This document shows, in pieces, positions 18,886-27,614 of a DNA stretch of 52,781 bases. A model generated the notes under the pieces. It worked only from the letters and a program-made list of their open reading frames with translations. It did no database searches and was not told the DNA's origin. The first letter of the stretch is position 1; every line of letters begins with the position of its first letter. Both the position numbers and the translations under genes were made by a program. The DNA is from a virus (Duplodnaviria; Caudoviricetes), in IMG/VR virus record IMGVR_UViG_3300048834_000156, positions 1 to 52,781 of that record; one strand, given 5' to 3'.

Positions 18886-19215
18886 ATGGACGCACACGCA
18901 CGGAACCGGCTGTACCTGGTCCTCACCACGCTGCAACCGCTGCTCATGTTCTACGGCCTGGCCGACGAGTCGCAGGCTCCGCTGTGGATCTCGCTCGGCG
19001 CAGCGGTGCTCGGCAACGGGCTCGCAGTCCTCAACGCCGACACGGCTCGGATCTGGCTCTACGGCGTCGCCGGAGCGGTGGCCACGCTCGTGGTTGCGTA
19101 CGGCCTGATCTCCGGCGCAGAGGCCGAGATGTGGCTCACCGTCCTGGCAGCCGTGCTCGGCATCGTCGGCACCGGCACCGCCGCGGTGACCACCCCGCCG
19201 ACTAGAGCCATCTAA
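18886..19215 (+). CDS. Holin (internally duplicated, about 4 TM helices)
   Basis: Two copies of R..LY.......L..YGL.....A..W....AAVLG; adjacent to endolysin. Confidence 0.75.
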   Translation: MDAHARNRLYLVLTTLQPLLMFYGLADESQAPLWISLGAAVLGNGLAVLNADTARIWLYGVAGAVATLVVAYGLISGAEAEMWLTVLAAVLGIVGTGTAAVTTPPTRAI

Positions 19216-19225
19216 GGGGCATCCG

Positions 19226-20080
19226 ATGCCCGAGGTCATCACCCGCGCCGAGTGGGGCGCGCGCTACGGGCGCGGCAACGACGTCTCGCACCTCGAACCG
19301 TGGGGCGAGATCGTCGTTCACACCGAAGCCGGAGCGGTCCGCAAACAGGACTGGCCGGTGCTCGACGAGCTGGCCGCGCTGAACCTCTCGCTCGATGAGC
19401 GCACGAAGATGCGAGCGATCGAGTCGTACCACTCGGCGACGCTCGGGTGGAACGGGTTCGGCTACTCGTTCGCGTTCTTCCCGGATGGGACGATCTGCGA
19501 GGGGCGCGGCTGGGGCCGGTCGGGCTCGCACACCGAGGGCCGCAACAGCACCGCGGCCGGGTTCTGCGTGATCGGCCACGGCGACCTACAGCCAGCGACC
19601 GGCGCGCAGTGGGCGTCGATGGCGTGGCTCATCGGTGAAGGCATCCGGCTCGGGCACGTGAAGCCGAACCCGAAGATCTCCGGTCACCGCAACTACTCCA
19701 AGAAGGGCAAGTCCTGCCCTGGTGACCTGATCTATCCGCACATCGGTCGGCTGCGTGGCATCACGGGCCCGGCTCCCATCATCACCCCGGAGGTACCAGA
19801 GATGGACGACGCAGAACGCCAGCTCATGCGAGACGTGCTCGACGCTGCCCGCGACGCCGCGGCTCAGGCCCGTGGCGCGGCGGTGTATGCGCAGGCGGTC
19901 GAGCAGCGGGTCACCCGCATCGAGACCGCGCTCAACATCGACGACGTGAACACGGTCCACGACGGCAAGAAGCCGTACCCCGGCCGGACGATCGCGTCGC
20001 TCACTCGCATCGAGAACGAGCACCTGCCCAAGCTCGGCGACCGGCTCGAAGTGATCGAGCAGCGTCTCGGCAAGAGCTAG
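19226..20080 (+). CDS. Endolysin, N-acetylmuramoyl-L-alanine amidase (Amidase_2/PGRP-like)
   Basis: 'ITRAEWGA', 'IVVHT', 'GWNGFGYSF', 'EGRGW..GSHT', 'GHRN', 'SCPG' Zn ligands. Confidence 0.9.
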   Translation: MPEVITRAEWGARYGRGNDVSHLEPWGEIVVHTEAGAVRKQDWPVLDELAALNLSLDERTKMRAIESYHSATLGWNGFGYSFAFFPDGTICEGRGWGRSGSHTEGRNSTAAGFCVIGHGDLQPATGAQWASMAWLIGEGIRLGHVKPNPKISGHRNYSKKGKSCPGDLIYPHIGRLRGITGPAPIITPEVPEMDDAERQLMRDVLDAARDAAAQARGAAVYAQAVEQRVTRIETALNIDDVNTVHDGKKPYPGRTIASLTRIENEHLPKLGDRLEVIEQRLGKS

Positions 20081-20376
20081 TGACCATCGACCTGGGGACT
20101 GCGGGCGCGATCGTCACGTGGTCGGTTGTTCTGTCTGGCGTGGTGGCTCTGCTCACCACGAAGCGGATGAGCGACCTGGTGGAGCTGTACCAGAAGCTGT
20201 TCGAGGGCAAGTCAGCAGAGAACGCCGAGCTGACCGCCCGGCTCGAACGGGTAGAGACGCAGCTCGCGTTCTATCAATCCGACTTCACGGCACAGCTAGC
20301 GGAGGGCATCACGAAAGCGATCGTGGACAGCGTCGAGCGCCACATCGGAGAGCGAGCACCTCATGAGCAGCACTGA
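20080..20376 (+). CDS. Membrane protein with coiled coil (lysis module)
   Basis: N-terminal TM segment followed by heptad-like region. Confidence 0.65.
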   Translation: MTIDLGTAGAIVTWSVVLSGVVALLTTKRMSDLVELYQKLFEGKSAENAELTARLERVETQLAFYQSDFTAQLAEGITKAIVDSVERHIGERAPHEQH

Positions 20377-20710
20377 GACCCCGATCGTGTCCGATGACGT
20401 GTTCCAGCACGTGAAGCGCATCGAGCGCTCGTACAGCCGTCTGCGTGGTCTGGCGTGGGCGCTCGGCATAACGGCGATCGCCGCGGTGCTGGCGGTGGTG
20501 TTCCTGTTCGGGCTGAACGCCGATCTCCGAGAGAACAAGCACGAGGTGGCGTGCAAGGATAACGCGATGGCCAGCGTGCTCGACGCGTTCGGCGGCGCAA
20601 TCCAAGCCGCGATTGCAGGTGACGCCGATGCTCTGCACGATTACAGCTCGCAGCTCGATCACCTCGGGTCGCTGCGGGACCTGTACGAGGACTGCCACGC
20701 ACGGCACTAG
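20363..20710 (+). CDS. Single-pass membrane protein (lysis module)
   Basis: TM 'LAWALGITAIAAVLAVVFLFGL'; two Cys in C-terminal domain. Confidence 0.65.
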   Translation: MSSTETPIVSDDVFQHVKRIERSYSRLRGLAWALGITAIAAVLAVVFLFGLNADLRENKHEVACKDNAMASVLDAFGGAIQAAIAGDADALHDYSSQLDHLGSLRDLYEDCHARH

Positions 20711-20739
20711 GTGACCTGCCCGCGGTCGGCGGGTATGGT
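20711..20739 (+). promoter_or_regulatory. Sigma70-type promoter with no downstream CDS
   Basis: GTGACC (20711-16), 17-bp spacer, TATGGT (20734-39). Confidence 0.6.
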
Positions 20740-20745
20740 GCTCTC

Positions 20746-20830
20746 GTTGCGTTGGCCGGTGTACGCCGTCCTTGGGAGCGCATCGAAGGACGAAGACCCT
20801 CGGGGTGATCCTCCGGGGGTCTTCGCCGTT
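20746..20830 (+). ncRNA. Candidate small RNA carrying anti-RBS UCCUUGGG
   Basis: Lies between a predicted promoter and a hairpin terminator; TCCTTGGG (20769-76) is the reverse complement of the repeated CCCAAGGA RBS. Confidence 0.5.
20791..20825 (+). terminator. Hairpin terminator
   Basis: CGAAGACCCTCGGGG-TGATC-CTCCGGGGGTCTTCG. Confidence 0.75.
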
Positions 20831-20891
20831 CCATACCGTGGTATGGTCCGCGGTGGTGGTGTCGATCGACGCTGCCGTCTGACCCAAGGAG
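20831..20891 (+). promoter_or_regulatory. Palindrome/promoter CCATACCGTGGTATGG and RBS ACCCAAGGAG
   Basis: Motif 20831-20846; RBS 20882-20891. Confidence 0.75.
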
Positions 20892-20898
20892 ACCAGCC

Positions 20899-21741
20899 AT
20901 GCAAGCGATGCCCGATGACCGCATCCCGCCCGAGCTAGCGCTCGACGTCGAGCCGTTCGATCTCGACCAGCTCGACCGGGCGGTGGAAGACACGCCGGAC
21001 CCGGTAGCAGCGTGGGCCGACGACGACCCAGACGACTACGAGCCCGACAAAGCCGCGGTGATGCGCTGGCACATCACCGACGACGAGGGCGCAGAGTGGG
21101 CCATGTCCCACGTGAACGGCATCTACGCCAACGCTCAGGCGCTCGCCGACCAGCGGGACGCGTACATCGCTCGGATCAACCGCCACCACGCCGAGGCCAT
21201 GAAGCGGCTCGACGCGCGCCGGCGGTTCTTCGAGCAGCACCTCATCCTCTACGCGGCGCAGTACCGGGCTCGTGACCCGAAGCGGAACAAGACGCTGCAC
21301 CTGCCGTCAGGTGTGGTCCGCTCTACCGAGACGCAGGCCAAGGTGGCGGTCGCTGACGATGTGACCGTGGCTGATTGGGCTCTCTCGCATCTCGAAGGCG
21401 ACCAGCACGAGGCTGTCGTGAAGACCACCACGAAGGTGATGCTCGGCGAGCTGCGCAAGGTGGCTGTGGTCGGGCAGCGTGTGTGGGGGCACGTGCTCGA
21501 CCTGTCGTGTGGGCACAGCGTGCGCATAGCGCTGGCCACCGAGGACGGCGAGAAGCTCGACCTTCGTGACGGGTACCCGTGCCGCGAGTGCGCGGACCCG
21601 CTCGACGGTGAGCCGGTGCGCGAGGTCGTGCGCGTCGAGGATCTGACCGAGCGTGTCGTCCGCTCGAAGGACACCGGCGAGGTGATCCCCGGCACCAGGA
21701 TCGAGCCCGGCGCGCTCACGTTCACGGTCTCACCGAAGTGA
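20899..21741 (+). CDS. Gam-like host-nuclease inhibitor with Zn-ribbon insertion
   Basis: 'WHITDDEGAEWAM', coiled coil, 'KTLHLPSGVV', C-terminal 'TGEVIPG'; inserted CGH...CREC. Confidence 0.75.
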   Translation: MQAMPDDRIPPELALDVEPFDLDQLDRAVEDTPDPVAAWADDDPDDYEPDKAAVMRWHITDDEGAEWAMSHVNGIYANAQALADQRDAYIARINRHHAEAMKRLDARRRFFEQHLILYAAQYRARDPKRNKTLHLPSGVVRSTETQAKVAVADDVTVADWALSHLEGDQHEAVVKTTTKVMLGELRKVAVVGQRVWGHVLDLSCGHSVRIALATEDGEKLDLRDGYPCRECADPLDGEPVREVVRVEDLTERVVRSKDTGEVIPGTRIEPGALTFTVSPK

Positions 21742-21893
21742 CCCGGCTCGGTGGTCTGGTAGCGGTCGTGCGTGCCGCTGCCCGGCCACCAGCGGGGCCG
21801 CGGCCGTTGCCGCCGCGCTGCTCGATCGAGCCACGCACCCATGTCCGGCCGCTACCTGCGGTGTACGACTGGACCCAAGAACCCGAGTCATAA
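21738..21893 (+). CDS. Small hypothetical protein
   Basis: 51 aa ORF with GTGA coupling that fills the gap exactly to the next promoter. Confidence 0.45.
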   Translation: MTRLGGLVAVVRAAARPPAGPRPLPPRCSIEPRTHVRPLPAVYDWTQEPES

Positions 21894-21927
21894 ACCGTGG
21901 TATGGTCCGCGGTCCCTACCCAAGGAG
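21892..21927 (+). promoter_or_regulatory. Motif AAACCGTGGTATGG and RBS ACCCAAGGAG
   Basis: Shares 20 nt (ACCGTGGTATGGTCCGCGGT) with the copy at 20835. Confidence 0.75.
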
Positions 21928-21937
21928 GAAACCTGTA

Positions 21938-23338
21938 ATGAGTGATCCGTCTGTGATCGACGCGGAAGCCCGCGAGTCGATCGACGAAGCGCCACCGGTG
22001 CGAGAGACGATCGACGCCGCCACCGGCGAGATCGTGCAGTACGACCAGAGGCCGCAACACGCAGGCATGCGTGAGATCGGCGGTACCGGGCTGCCGGTCG
22101 TGCCGATGCAGAACGAGCTATCGACCCTCGCTCAGATGGCGGTGACGATCTCCGCGGCGGCGACCGCGCCGAAGGCGTTGCAGGGCAAACCGAATGACGC
22201 GTTCATGGTCCTGCTGACGGCGCGAGACGTCGGTGTCGCGCTGACCACAGCGATCCGCGAGTTCCACGTGATCGACGGCAAGGTGACGCTCTCGCCGAAG
22301 GTCAAGCTGGCGATGGTCAAGCAGCAGAAGGTCGGCCGTGTGTTCCCGCACCAGCCGCCGCGGCCGATCCCTGACCCAGACGCCGAGGGCGGGTTCAGGT
22401 GGAAGCTCTGCGATTGCGGGTCTGACGGCGCGGCCAACGGCGACACGGAGGCGACATGGCATGCCGAGCGCAGCGACGAGCCGGGCATCTTGCACAGCTC
22501 GACGTTCACGATCGAGATGGCGCAGCGGGTCAAGGCGCGAGAGAACCAGAGGAACATCACGCTCGCTGAGAAGTCCACATGGCAGCAGTACCCCCAGCGG
22601 ATGCTGTCGTGGCGTGCTCTCGGGTACCTGCTCGATGACGTGTTCCCCGAGGTCGGGACCGGGCTCTACTCACCCGACGAGATGGGCGCTGTCACCGACG
22701 AGGACGGCGTGCCGCTCATCGACGTCGTGGGGTCCGCTGACCCGGTGCGTGGCACCCGTGCACCGGCCGGGCGACGCACCGCCGCAGCCGCGGCAGAGGT
22801 CGAGTACGCGAGCAAGGAGGCGATCGCCGCGCTCAAGGCCCGCATCGCTGCGATCTCCACGCTTCCCGAAGCGCGCGCGGCTCTGCTCTCGCTGTGGACC
22901 GCGACCCGCGAGGACGGCTCACCGACGCTGCCGCCCGTGGACCAGCTCGAAGCGCGCCAGCTCTCCCGAGCGGAGGGCATGGTAAAGAGCATCGAAGACC
23001 GCGCCACGAAGGGCGAGTGGGGCGAGTGGAAGCCCGCCACACAGCCCGAGGCGACCGGAGACGCCGCAGGTCAACCCGAGGCGACCGGAGACGCCGACGA
23101 TGCGCAGAGCGACGCAGGGACGCCGGACCCGCGTGTCGCTGCGGTGATCGAGACCGTTCGAGCCATGAAGCGACCAGCGATCGAGACAGAGCTAGAGGCC
23201 CGCGGGCTACCGAAGTCAGGGAACATGGACACGGTACGGCACCGCCTCGCTACGGCGATGCTCGCCGAGCACGACGACGGCCTACCGGCCGAGCCCGAGT
23301 TCCACGACGACAACGAAGGCAACGAGGGTGAGGCGTGA
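21938..23338 (+). CDS. RecT-like single-strand annealing protein with C-terminal SAP-like domain
   Basis: 'FHVIDGK', 'WQQYPQRMLSWRA..DVFPEV..GLYSPDEM'; 'IETELEARGLPKSGNMDTVRHRL' SAP pattern. Confidence 0.75.
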   Translation: MSDPSVIDAEARESIDEAPPVRETIDAATGEIVQYDQRPQHAGMREIGGTGLPVVPMQNELSTLAQMAVTISAAATAPKALQGKPNDAFMVLLTARDVGVALTTAIREFHVIDGKVTLSPKVKLAMVKQQKVGRVFPHQPPRPIPDPDAEGGFRWKLCDCGSDGAANGDTEATWHAERSDEPGILHSSTFTIEMAQRVKARENQRNITLAEKSTWQQYPQRMLSWRALGYLLDDVFPEVGTGLYSPDEMGAVTDEDGVPLIDVVGSADPVRGTRAPAGRRTAAAAAEVEYASKEAIAALKARIAAISTLPEARAALLSLWTATREDGSPTLPPVDQLEARQLSRAEGMVKSIEDRATKGEWGEWKPATQPEATGDAAGQPEATGDADDAQSDAGTPDPRVAAVIETVRAMKRPAIETELEARGLPKSGNMDTVRHRLATAMLAEHDDGLPAEPEFHDDNEGNEGEA

Positions 23339-24195
23339 GCGTTAAGGCTCTCGGGTGGGTGCTCGATCACTCGCCCGCCAAAGGCTCTGACCGGCTCGTG
23401 CTCATCTCGATCGCCAACCACGCCGGGCAGAACCCGGTCGGTGGCGCGTGGGAAGCGTGGCCAGGGATCGGCACCTTGCAACGAGAGGCCAGGCTCGACC
23501 GGGCTCGGACCGTGAACGATGCGCTCGCCCGGCTGGTCGAGGCTGGCCAGATCGAGCGGGTCGTGAACGGCGCACCCGATGAGCACATCCGCAAGGACCG
23601 CCGACCGAACCTGTACCGGGTGCTCATCTCTCACGGGGTGACGTGTGGCGACACCCGGTGCAGATGGTGCGGGGTGCCGTCCGACGTCACCCCGCCACCG
23701 GACGACGGGGTGACGCTTCACGCGCCACGGGGTGACGTCCTACCGCATCACGGGGTGACGTCCTGCGACGCTACGGGGTGTCGCGAAGCGTCACCCGAAC
23801 CATCATTAGAACCATCACTGAAACCGTCAGAGGAACCACAACCCCTGTCGCTGGCGCTCGGCGGCGATGCGGCGTTGGTGGCCGAGGTGGCGTTCGGTGA
23901 GTTCTGGAAGGTGTACCCGCGGCGGGTCGGTCCCGGCGCGGCACGCAAGGCGTGGGCGAAGGCGATCCGCAAGGCACCAGCTCAGCGGATCATCGACGCC
24001 GCGGCCCGCTACGCAGCCGAGACGCACGGTCGCCCGGTGGACAAGATCGCTCACCCAACGACCTGGCTGAACGGTGAGCGCTGGGACGACGAGCCCGGAG
24101 CGAACGCCGGGCCTCAGCGAGGCAAGCCGCCAGGTGGCGCTGGCGGTCCCGTCACGAGTCGCCGTGACGGACCCGAGGGTCGGGTGAGAGCGTGA
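23335..24195 (+). CDS. Replication initiator (N-terminal HTH, lambda O-like organisation)
   Basis: 'RLVLISIANHA..AWPGIGTL..LARLVEAG'; C-terminal 'FGEFWKVYPRR..ARKAW..HPTTWLNGERWDD'; precedes DnaC-like gene. Confidence 0.85.
   Translation: MSVKALGWVLDHSPAKGSDRLVLISIANHAGQNPVGGAWEAWPGIGTLQREARLDRARTVNDALARLVEAGQIERVVNGAPDEHIRKDRRPNLYRVLISHGVTCGDTRCRWCGVPSDVTPPPDDGVTLHAPRGDVLPHHGVTSCDATGCREASPEPSLEPSLKPSEEPQPLSLALGGDAALVAEVAFGEFWKVYPRRVGPGAARKAWAKAIRKAPAQRIIDAAARYAAETHGRPVDKIAHPTTWLNGERWDDEPGANAGPQRGKPPGGAGGPVTSRRDGPEGRVRA
23634..23797 (+). repeat. Iterons CGGGGTGACG; probable replication origin
   Basis: Exact direct copies at 23634, 23706, 23728, 23751; variants at 23670, 23774; inverted copies at 23685 and 23789 (partial). 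Confidence 0.75.
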
Positions 24196-24821
24196 AGCGG
24201 CTCACCCCGGACGAGATCGAGATACCGACCGTGGTGATCGGCCCGGCAGACGAGCAGATCGACCAGATGGCGACGGTCGCCGCTAGGTCTGGTCGCCGCG
24301 GCGACTGGATCTCGAAGGTGCCGCGCCGGTTCCGCGAAGCCCGGATCGAGGATCTCGGGTCGTGGCCGGGCCGTGACGATCTCACCGGGTGGTCACGAGC
24401 AGACCACCCGACGAACCTGGTGATCGTCGGGCCGGTCGGTGTCGGCAAGACGCACGCCGCCACCGCCGCGGTACGCCAGCACTTCGGCGACGGTGCCGAC
24501 CTGGAATGGTCACCGATCGGCGAGTTGCTGGACCGGCTCGACTGGCGGCGCGCTGACTCTCACCAGTACCTAGAGCGGCTCATGTCCGTTGAGCTGCTCC
24601 TGATCGACGATCTCGGCACAGAGCGAGCCAACGAGTGGACCGGCGAGCGGCTCTACGCCGTCGTCAACAGGCGTTGGCTCGCAGACCTGCCGACCATCGC
24701 AACATCGAACCTTGAACCCGAGCAGCTCGAAGAGGCGCTCGGCGAACGCACCTACTCACGTCTCGTCGGCGGCGCTCTCGTGCTCCGCATCGCGGGACAG
24801 GACCGGAGACGCACACAGTGA
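24192..24821 (+). CDS. DnaC/IstB-like helicase loader ATPase
   Basis: Walker A GPVGVGKT, Walker B LLLIDDLG, 'TIATSN', 'RTYSRL', 'GQDRR'. Confidence 0.9.
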   Translation: MKRLTPDEIEIPTVVIGPADEQIDQMATVAARSGRRGDWISKVPRRFREARIEDLGSWPGRDDLTGWSRADHPTNLVIVGPVGVGKTHAATAAVRQHFGDGADLEWSPIGELLDRLDWRRADSHQYLERLMSVELLLIDDLGTERANEWTGERLYAVVNRRWLADLPTIATSNLEPEQLEEALGERTYSRLVGGALVLRIAGQDRRRTQ

Positions 24822-25183
24822 AACCACACGACGACGACCACCACCCGCCCGAGTGCACATCGTGCGTGGACGGCATGCGCCAGGTGACGGACGCGTTCGC
24901 GCGTCAAGAGGCCGGGATCGGCCAGCACGAAGACGTCGGCCAGCTCGAAGCCGCCGCGGTGGCCACGATCGAAGCCGCCCGCGCCGAGCGTGTACCGGTG
25001 CCACCCGAAGCGCAGGCAGACCTAGACCGGTTCGAGCGGTACCGGGCCTTCCTCACGTCGGTGTTCCCGTGCCCGACATGCCGCCCGGCGCAGTTCAAGC
25101 GCTGGCGGAACGGCTGCTACCGGCCGAACCATGTGCGGCAGCGCTGCTCGCTCTGCACACCGAAGATGGCCGAGGCCCGGTGA
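24818..25183 (+). CDS. Cys-rich hypothetical protein
   Basis: CxxC, CPTC and CSLC motifs; coupled start. Confidence 0.65.
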   Translation: MKPHDDDHHPPECTSCVDGMRQVTDAFARQEAGIGQHEDVGQLEAAAVATIEAARAERVPVPPEAQADLDRFERYRAFLTSVFPCPTCRPAQFKRWRNGCYRPNHVRQRCSLCTPKMAEAR

Positions 25184-26460
25184 TGGAAGCCCGCTACATC
25201 GTTGGCTCATGCGTGGACGAGCTGCTCGCCATGCCGCCCGGCTCCGTCGATCTCGCCATCACGTCGCCGCCGTTCCTCGGCCTGCGCGACTACCTGGACG
25301 CAGACGATCCCATGAAGCCGTTCGAGCACGGCGCGGTCGGCACGCCGGTCGAGTTCGTGGACCAGATGCTCGACATGGTGGAGGCCGTCGGGCACGTGCT
25401 CGCACCTCACGGGTCGCTCGTCATCGAGCTAGGCGACTCGATGAGCGGCAGCGGCGGCGCGGGCGGCGACTACTACAACGCCGACGGGCTCCGAGCCGGG
25501 CAGCCGAAACCGCCGGGCTCAGCGAAGCTCGCTGGCATGGTCAAGGGCCGGTCACGTGCCGGTGACCCGGTGCCACGCAACAGGCCGCGGGACACCAGAC
25601 CCGGCCGCGAGGGAACGCCGAGCAGCTCGCCACCGCGGCACGAGCAGATGGGCGGCGCGGGCTGGCCGCTCCCGAAGTCACTCGCGCTCATCCCCGAGAT
25701 GCTCAGGCTCACGCTCGCCTACGGCGTCCAGCCCTACACCGGCCGCACAGTCGAGCCGTGGCGCGTCCGCAACGTGGTTCGCTGGTGCAAGCCGAACCCG
25801 TCCGTTGGTGACGAGGGCGACAAGTTCCGTCGCGGCACGAACGATGTGCTCATCGCCACCCGCGCGACCAACAGGTGGTGGGATCCGCTCGCCGCCCGCG
25901 GCCCGTCTCGCACAGAGCCGGGCAAGACGTCGCCGCTGCTCGACTGGTGGGAGATCCCGACGGGCGGCTACCCCGGCGCGCACCACGCCACGTTCCCGCT
26001 CGCGTTCGTCAGGCCGTTCATCGAGACCATGTGCCCGCTACATGTCTGCACCACGTGCGGCGAACCACGGCGCAGGGTCGTCAAGCGAACCGAGGACTAC
26101 GAGAACGCCAGAGGCGGCGGCGACCTGTACGGCGGTGCTGACGGCAACGACCGCGGCATCGGCCGCAACGGCGGGCAGGACGGCACCAAGAAGCGCGGGC
26201 TCGTGTCCGCTGACTACGAGCACGACTACTGGACCGACTGCGGCCACCACACATGGCGGCGCGGGGTGGTGCTCGACCCGTACGCCGGTACCGGCACCAC
26301 GCTCGCTGTAGCCAACGGCTGCGGCCGAGACGGGCTCGGCATCGACGCAGACCACCGGAACGTCCCGCTCGCCGTCGAGCGTGTGGGGCCGCTGTTCATC
26401 ACCGTGCAGGAAGGAACCGCTCATGCTGCCGCCACAAGCGCACACGATCACGCTCTCTGA
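25183..26460 (+). CDS. DNA methyltransferase (N4-C/N6-A, beta class)
   Basis: 'SVDLAITSPPF', 'HHATFP', 'VLDPYAGTGTT'; start reassigned to ATG 25183. Confidence 0.9.
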   Translation: MEARYIVGSCVDELLAMPPGSVDLAITSPPFLGLRDYLDADDPMKPFEHGAVGTPVEFVDQMLDMVEAVGHVLAPHGSLVIELGDSMSGSGGAGGDYYNADGLRAGQPKPPGSAKLAGMVKGRSRAGDPVPRNRPRDTRPGREGTPSSSPPRHEQMGGAGWPLPKSLALIPEMLRLTLAYGVQPYTGRTVEPWRVRNVVRWCKPNPSVGDEGDKFRRGTNDVLIATRATNRWWDPLAARGPSRTEPGKTSPLLDWWEIPTGGYPGAHHATFPLAFVRPFIETMCPLHVCTTCGEPRRRVVKRTEDYENARGGGDLYGGADGNDRGIGRNGGQDGTKKRGLVSADYEHDYWTDCGHHTWRRGVVLDPYAGTGTTLAVANGCGRDGLGIDADHRNVPLAVERVGPLFITVQEGTAHAAATSAHDHAL

Positions 26461-26665
26461 GTTCGAGGTGCTCCAAGCACTGATCGACGTCCACGACGCC
26501 GACGGGCGCGCCACGTTCCGGGAGGTGGCCCGCACGGTCGGCCGCTCGGTCTCGTGGACGTTCGGCGTGCTGGTCTTGTTGCGGCGTCTCGGGCTCGTCA
26601 CGTGGGAGCACGGCAAGACCGGCACACTCAGGCCTGCCGTTCGTATCGTGGCGTCAGACCTGTGA
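26423..26665 (+). CDS. Winged-HTH DNA-binding protein (LexA N-terminal-like)
   Basis: 'ATFREVARTVGRS..LRRLGLVTWE.GK..TLR'. Confidence 0.7.
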   Translation: MLPPQAHTITLSEFEVLQALIDVHDADGRATFREVARTVGRSVSWTFGVLVLLRRLGLVTWEHGKTGTLRPAVRIVASDL

Positions 26666-27000
26666 GAAGCCGGTCACCGCGCCACGCCGCCGAGGACGCG
26701 GCATACAAGGCTCTCCGGCACGAGCTGCTACCCGGCCCGTGCGAGGTGTGCCCGGCGCTGCAAGCCCAAGGGGTGCAGGTCCAGTGCGAGGGCACCGCCC
26801 ACGAGCTGCACCACCTCAGGAAGCGGTCAAGCTCCGGTGCGCTCGCCGAGCGGACGAACGTGCGCCGCTCGTGCTGGACCGGTAATCAGGCCGTCGAGCG
26901 ATGGCCAACCGAAGCGCGGGCCGCTCGGCTCGTCGTCCGTGAGGGCGACCCCGAGTGGGACTCGCTGTCATCCCGACTGTGGAGGCTGAACAACCTGTGA
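26662..27000 (+). CDS. HNH endonuclease-like protein
   Basis: CEVC...'ELHHLRKRSSSG..NVRRSC'; degenerate C-terminal motif. Confidence 0.6.
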   Translation: MRSRSPRHAAEDAAYKALRHELLPGPCEVCPALQAQGVQVQCEGTAHELHHLRKRSSSGALAERTNVRRSCWTGNQAVERWPTEARAARLVVREGDPEWDSLSSRLWRLNNL

Positions 27001-27434
27001 ACACCACCGATGAGCTGACCGGCGACCAGGCGCACGCCGAAGGGCTCCCGATCTCAGCGTGCCCGTACGCGCCAGCAGACACGAGCAGCGATGCCCACGA
27101 GTGGCGCAGGTCGTGGCTCATGGCAGAGGCGGCGCACCGACGTGGGATCGGCACGTACGGCGCGTCCGACGACGAGTACCGGCAGGCAGGTCTCAACCCT
27201 CCCGCCAGAACTTCGACCGGTGCGCCGGTGTGCTCGTTCGATCCGGCGCGGTTCGATGAGCTGGCGGTCATCCTCGGCCAAGTCGTAGACGCATGCGAGG
27301 GCGCAGCGCTCGCGGTGGCCAGGGCGGTCGAGTCGTTCTCGATCGACACGGCACCACTGATCCCGCACCGCCCCATGCCCGAGACACGGACCGACAGACC
27401 ACACCGGTGGGCGGTGCTGCCGCTCGTGCGATAG
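26997..27434 (+). CDS. Protein with N-terminal Rmf/CrpP-like motif
   Basis: 'GDQAHAEGLPISACPY......HEWRRSW'. Confidence 0.55.
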   Translation: MNTTDELTGDQAHAEGLPISACPYAPADTSSDAHEWRRSWLMAEAAHRRGIGTYGASDDEYRQAGLNPPARTSTGAPVCSFDPARFDELAVILGQVVDACEGAALAVARAVESFSIDTAPLIPHRPMPETRTDRPHRWAVLPLVR

Positions 27435-27443
27435 GGGCCGGTG

Positions 27444-27614
27444 ATGCCCGCTCCACAAGCAGCCCCGTTCTCGCTGGTCGTCACACGCCCGGACGGCAAC
27501 CAGATCACCGCAGGAGCAGAGACCGCCGACGTGCTCTACACCGCTCTCGTCAGGCTGGCACCGCACGTGCCGACCGACTCCACGTGGGAGGTCCGATGCC
27601 GCAAGGGTCGCTGA
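27444..27614 (+). CDS. Small hypothetical protein
   Basis: 56 aa ORF filling the gap; below track cutoff. Confidence 0.45.
   Translation: MPAPQAAPFSLVVTRPDGNQITAGAETADVLYTALVRLAPHVPTDSTWEVRCRKGR

Noticed and set aside
26381-26665. CI/LexA immunity repressor
   Set aside because: It has only a DNA-binding domain with no peptidase domain, lies mid-operon, and has no divergent promoter or integrase nearby.
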